DNA from: Mobula hypostoma
Taxonomy: Eukaryota
Assembly: GCF_963921235.1 (NCBI RefSeq)
Contig: NC_086109.1
Span: forward strand, 19,036,001 to 19,100,000
Length of the DNA stretch: 64,000 bases
Direction: 5' to 3'
Part shown: positions 60,096 through 64,000 of the stretch, one piece after another
How positions within the stretch are numbered: position 1 is the stretch's first letter
How the letters are laid out: the number at the start of each line of letters is the position of its first letter
Made by a program: the position numbers and the translations under genes
Notes under the pieces: model-generated
The model's database searches: none
The model's input: the letters and a program-made list of their open reading frames with translations, nothing else
What the model was told of the DNA's origin: nothing

Positions 60096-60643
60096 GACGT
60101 TTCCATAAAGGGCTTTCAGACCGTTCAGGCTGACTGGAAGTGCACAGACAGCGGTAAGCGTAAAGGAGGGGGGGCTTGCTGTGCTGGTTAACAACAGATG
60201 GTGCAATCCTGGTCATATTACAATCAAGGAACTTTGTGAACTTTTTGCTGTTGGACTCCGGCCATATCATTTGCCAAAGGAAATCTCACATGCAATTGTG
60301 GTTGTTGTGTACATCTCTCCCTCTGCCAACCTGACGTTGGCGTGTAACATCATTTACACCGTTGGGCACAGGAGTACATTCACAGAGACTCATTCCACCG
60401 GGATGCAGCACTGAGCGTCATGGGAAGTCATTCCTGCCTGTGGCCATCAAACTTTGCAGCTCCTCCCTTGGAGGGTCGGACACTCTGGGCCAATGTGCTG
60501 GTCCTGGACTTATTTCCATCGGGCATGGTTTACATATTATTATTTGATTGTTTGTGGTTTTGTATTGCTATGTTTGTACTCTGTTCTTGGTTGGTGCAAC
60601 TGTAACGAAACCTAATTTCCCTCGGGATCAATAAAGTATGTCT
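60096..60643 (+). mobile_element. Internally deleted Rex1/Babar LINE (endonuclease piece joined to 3' end)
   Basis: GFQTVQADWKCTDSGKRKGG, VNNRWC, LRPYHLPKE, VYISPSA joined to the 3' end at ~60362; the (TATC)n tail resumes at 61199. Confidence 0.85.
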
Positions 60644-61198
60644 CCTCTCGAATGATAGCTTTTGTTACTTTAATGGCGAGAAGATCTATTTTGTTGAACT
60701 GGAAGGAATTTAATCCTCCAACTACATTCCATTGGTTTTCTCAAACCATATTAAGTTTAAATTTAGAAAAAATTAGAAGTGATATTTTTGACCCTTCGGT
60801 TAAATTTGAAGATACCTGGAAACCTTTTATGCAACATTTTCATATGATGTAATCTGACCTTTCCGAATCTTTTTTCTAAAATTATATGATGAGAGGAGCG
60901 GAGTTAGCGACATTATGGATCTTGTCTGATACAAGTTGTTGGTCTAGCCCTGTTTTGCCTTTTTTTGGGGTTTTTTTTTCTCTTTTTCTTTTGGGGTTTT
61001 TTTTGTTCATATTTTTTTTCTTTTAATTTCTTTGTTAATGTTTAATCTCATTATGAGTTTGGAAGTCTTTTATTTCCATGTCACTTAAAATTCATTTTAT
61101 ATATGCTGATGAACATGTTTCCTATCTCTTTGTACCAACTTTGTTATTGAGTTTATAATTTTGAAAAATTAATAAAAAGATTTAAAAAGAAAGAAAAG
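60644..61198 (+). mobile_element. 5'-truncated L1 LINE
   Basis: ARRSILLNWK...LEKIR...KFEDTWKPF L1 ORF2 C-terminus, T-rich 3' UTR, AATAAA, A-rich tail; TSD AAGTATGTCT (60634-60643, 61199-61208). Confidence 0.9.
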
Positions 61199-61551
61199 AA
61201 GTATGTCTATCTATCTATCCAAACTAATTCCAATTCCAGTTCCTACCTATCTCCCTTGATAACTTAGGGATCCCGTGAACTTGTGCTTCCTCATGTCCGT
61301 TCATTTTGCTATATCTTCGCTGACTGTACACTCAGTGGCTCCCTCACTAGGTACACCTGTTCCCCTGCTCGTTGATGCAAATATCTAATCAGCCAACCAT
61401 GTAGCAGCAACTCAAAGCATAAAAGCATACAGACATGGTCAAAAGGTTCAGTTGTTGCTCAGAGCAAACGTCAGAATGGGGAGGAAATGTGATCTAAGTG
61501 ACTTTGACCTTGAAATGATAGGGCAGCTTAAGTGTCTCAGATACAGCTGAT

Positions 61552-61838
61552 TTTATTCTATTTAGGGATACAGTGTGAAACAACCCTTCCGACCCACTGA
61601 GCTGTGCTGCCCGGAAACTCATCAATTTAACCTCAGCCTAATCACAGAACAATTTACAAGCACCAGTTAACCTACTAACTGATACACCTTTGGATTGTGG
61701 GAGGGAACTGGAGCACCCAGGGGAGCCCAGCAAGCACACGGGAGGGACATGCAAACTTGCTTACAGAGGACACTGGAATTGAACTCTGACACCCGAAGCT
61801 GTAATAGTGTTGCGCTAACCGCTACGCTTCCGTGGCAT
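61552..61838 (-). mobile_element. Full-length V-SINE
   Basis: Homologous to 55420-55710. Confidence 0.85.
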
Positions 61839-61883
61839 CTTTTTAAAAAAAACACATAATGAAGTGAAAGGAACAGTTACTAC

Positions 61884-61953
61884 TAGTGCTGAAGCCCAGG
61901 ATTGAACCAGGGGCCTTTTAGATCATCTGTCTAATGCTCTCCCAACTGAGCTA
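61884..61953 (-). pseudogene. tRNA-Phe(GAA)-derived pseudogene, 5'-truncated
   Basis: Minus strand tagctcagttgggagagcattagacagatgatctaaaaggcccctggttcaatcctgggcttcagca resembles vertebrate tRNA-Phe; anticodon loop mutated and 5' acceptor strand missing. Confidence 0.85.
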
Positions 61954-63059
61954 CTGATCTCCTAGGGGTTTTTATGCACAATAGCCTCTAGAGTTTCCAG
62001 AGACTATTGCGAGAAACAAAAATCCACTGTAAGCAGTTCTGTGGGCCTTGTTAGTGAGAGAGGTCGGATAAGAATGCCCAGACCGTTTCAAGCTGACAGG
62101 TGACATTATCTCATATAGCCGCGCTTTACAACGGTGGTGTGCAGAAGGTGGGAGGGTATTTAATGCCCTCTGCCTGTGTGTGTCCAGTCCATCTCTCCCA
62201 CTCGCTCACTGTTCTCAGAGGAAAGTCCATGCATCCGAATGGTCTCTCTCCCTCTCAATGCTATCGGAGGACGGTGACAAAGTCTTGGGTCTTGGGCCAG
62301 GTTTAATCAACGTGGTTTGTGGATTGGACTCTGTAGACCATGTTATGATGTGTTTCCGGTTACTAGTTGCTCCTTTTTTTTCGCTGTTTTGATCAGGGCA
62401 ACGTGTAGATAATGAACGACACAGTGCTAGATTGAACTGAACAGAATATGCCTGGACTCTTCTGATGACCTTGTGGGTTTAATGTTTTATAGTCTGTGCT
62501 TTTCACATTTTTTTGCCATTTGCAAAATTAGCTTTTTTTTTTGTGTGGTGGAGGTTTGATGTTTTTCTTTGAACGGGGTCCAAGGTTTTCTTTGTTTCAT
62601 GACTGTCTGTGGGAAGATGAATCTCAGGGCTGTATGCTGCACACATACTTGGATTATAATGAATCTTAATGCACAAACCTGTTGAACTTTGAAGCTGATG
62701 GGCTACATCAACAGAAGACTATGTAAAGCAGAAGGCATCTTTATCATACGACTCCTGTACCTAAAAAAATGGCAGTGACTGTATATTGTCTGACTAAATA
62801 CCGTATGTTAATCTCCTTACTTAATTTCCTTTTCCTCATCAGTATTACTGTACACAAATTGAGATACAAATATTAAAATAATGTACAGATGTAATTGAAA
62901 TACATTGATTCACTTGGTCAAAATATCACTTGATATGTTATTATTGGATGAGCTCTCTCAGATAGTGCTTTAAAAGAAATATATGTAAGACTAATTCGTT
63001 TGAGGAATGGGAAGGCTGCCACCGCCCCATTCCTCAGACAAATAACGTTTCTACATCTT

Positions 63060-63185
63060 TCATTTTCAGATAAGTGCAAAGATATGGCTTCTGTTTAATA
63101 TATCATCTGAAAGATGACACCCTACTCACGTAGTCTTGCTTAGAACTGAACCAGAATATCAACCTTGATTTTGGTACTTTATGTG
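63060..63185 (-). mobile_element. Ancient DeuSINE-like relic
   Basis: Minus strand aaaatcaaggttgatattct...gtgtcatctttcagatgatatattaaacagaagcc resembles the 5' Deu domain. Confidence 0.45.
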
Positions 63186-63422
63186 AGTTGTTGTAAAAAA
63201 TTTTTAAAGTATTTGATGTTGAAATTCTGGGAACAATTTATTTTTCAATTGACTAAAATGGGAAAACAATTCATATACTTTTAAATTTATGTTTTCAAAC
63301 AATAAAAGGGGAAATTAAACCCACACCCATTAGATTGGAAACAGCTTTGAAGCCAGGCTTGCAAATTTCAATTCTGCAGTCAAGTCTCAAGAAGAGTCAA
63401 AGGAAATAAAATTCCCACTATG

Positions 63423-63490
63423 TCAGCATAACGTTGTGGGCTGAAGGGCCTCTACTGTACAGCAATGTTCTATGTCCTATGTTCTATGAC
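63423..63490 (+). mobile_element. CR1 3' UTR tip
   Basis: gtcagcataacgttgtgggctgaagggcct...(gttctat)n, as at 13363-13419. Confidence 0.8.
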
Positions 63491-63584
63491 CACATTTTCA
63501 TGGACAGTCCCCTTTTCTTTACTGTACTGATTCCAATGTATCTGTCACCGCCAAAGCTTTGTAACATTTCAAGGACACTACTTA

Positions 63585-64000
63585 GGGCCTTGGTTCCTTA
63601 AGGTTGTCATAGCTAGGGGTGGTAGTGGGGATAAGCTTCCACTACATAATGCTCCCAATGGTGTGTACCTCAAATAGCTTCTGACAACCAGCCCAGCTCC
63701 TAGCTTCACATGTGGCTTAGCCACTAAGACTGGCGGAACCGTTGCTACTAACAGGAGAAGGGTCAAAGGCAGGTGACTGGTGCTTTAAAACCAGTCGCTT
63801 CGTGCAGATGGGGTTCATCAGTCACGGTTGGCAGCTCATCTGGAAGTAGGAAAGCTCTGATATCAAACCTCTGCTGACTTGCAGCTATACCGTCTCATGG
63901 GGAAGGCTTCAGGGGTAAACCCTGAGGGAAAAGTCTGGAGCTGGAGTCCCTACATTGAGTTCAATGCTGACTGGCAACTCATGCGATGCTGTTGGTATCA
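63585..64000 (+). mobile_element. Bipartite RTE-like element, family A, copy 3 (runs off window)
   Basis: Reverse complement of 2010-2415. Confidence 0.8.

Larger units (their letters stand above)
61329..62781 (+). mobile_element. Tc1/mariner non-autonomous element, copy 3, with two nested insertions
   Basis: TA|cactcagtggc...ggcagtgactg|TA; interrupted at 61552-61953 and ~62150-62665. Confidence 0.8.

Noticed and set aside
61884..61953. Functional tRNA-Phe gene
   Set aside because: 5' acceptor strand missing, anticodon loop mutated, embedded in a transposon; kept only as a pseudogene

Overview
This is eukaryotic, repeat-dense intronic/intergenic DNA. The repeat set (CR1 LINEs with an esterase ORF1, V-domain SINEs with CR1 tails, DeuSINE relics, Rex1/Babar, Penelope-like elements) suggests a cartilaginous fish, probably a ray; that assignment is inference. 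Most ORFs in the track are transposon debris. The main elements are: a near full-length CR1 (9.4-13.4 kb) and an older one (20.8-24.5 kb); a Gypsy provirus with LTRs, PBS, PPT and TSD (36078-39613); a decayed sushi-type Gypsy (40.8-45.7 kb); five solo LTRs and one non-coding two-LTR element, each with a 5-bp TSD; three Tc1 MITEs; bipartite RTE elements and tRNA-SINEs sharing their 3' half; and L1/Tx1 and R2-like relics. A few phase-compatible exons of an unidentified minus-strand gene are likely (24950, 20229, 7746), and there are possible plus-strand exons near 57-59 kb. The most striking structure is a set of ~215-bp palindromic Penelope-derived mini-elements. They fold back at the core of a minimal type I hammerhead ribozyme, and two have long TSDs (14 bp, and 11 bp with one mismatch). 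All family calls come from motif recognition by eye; no database search was run.
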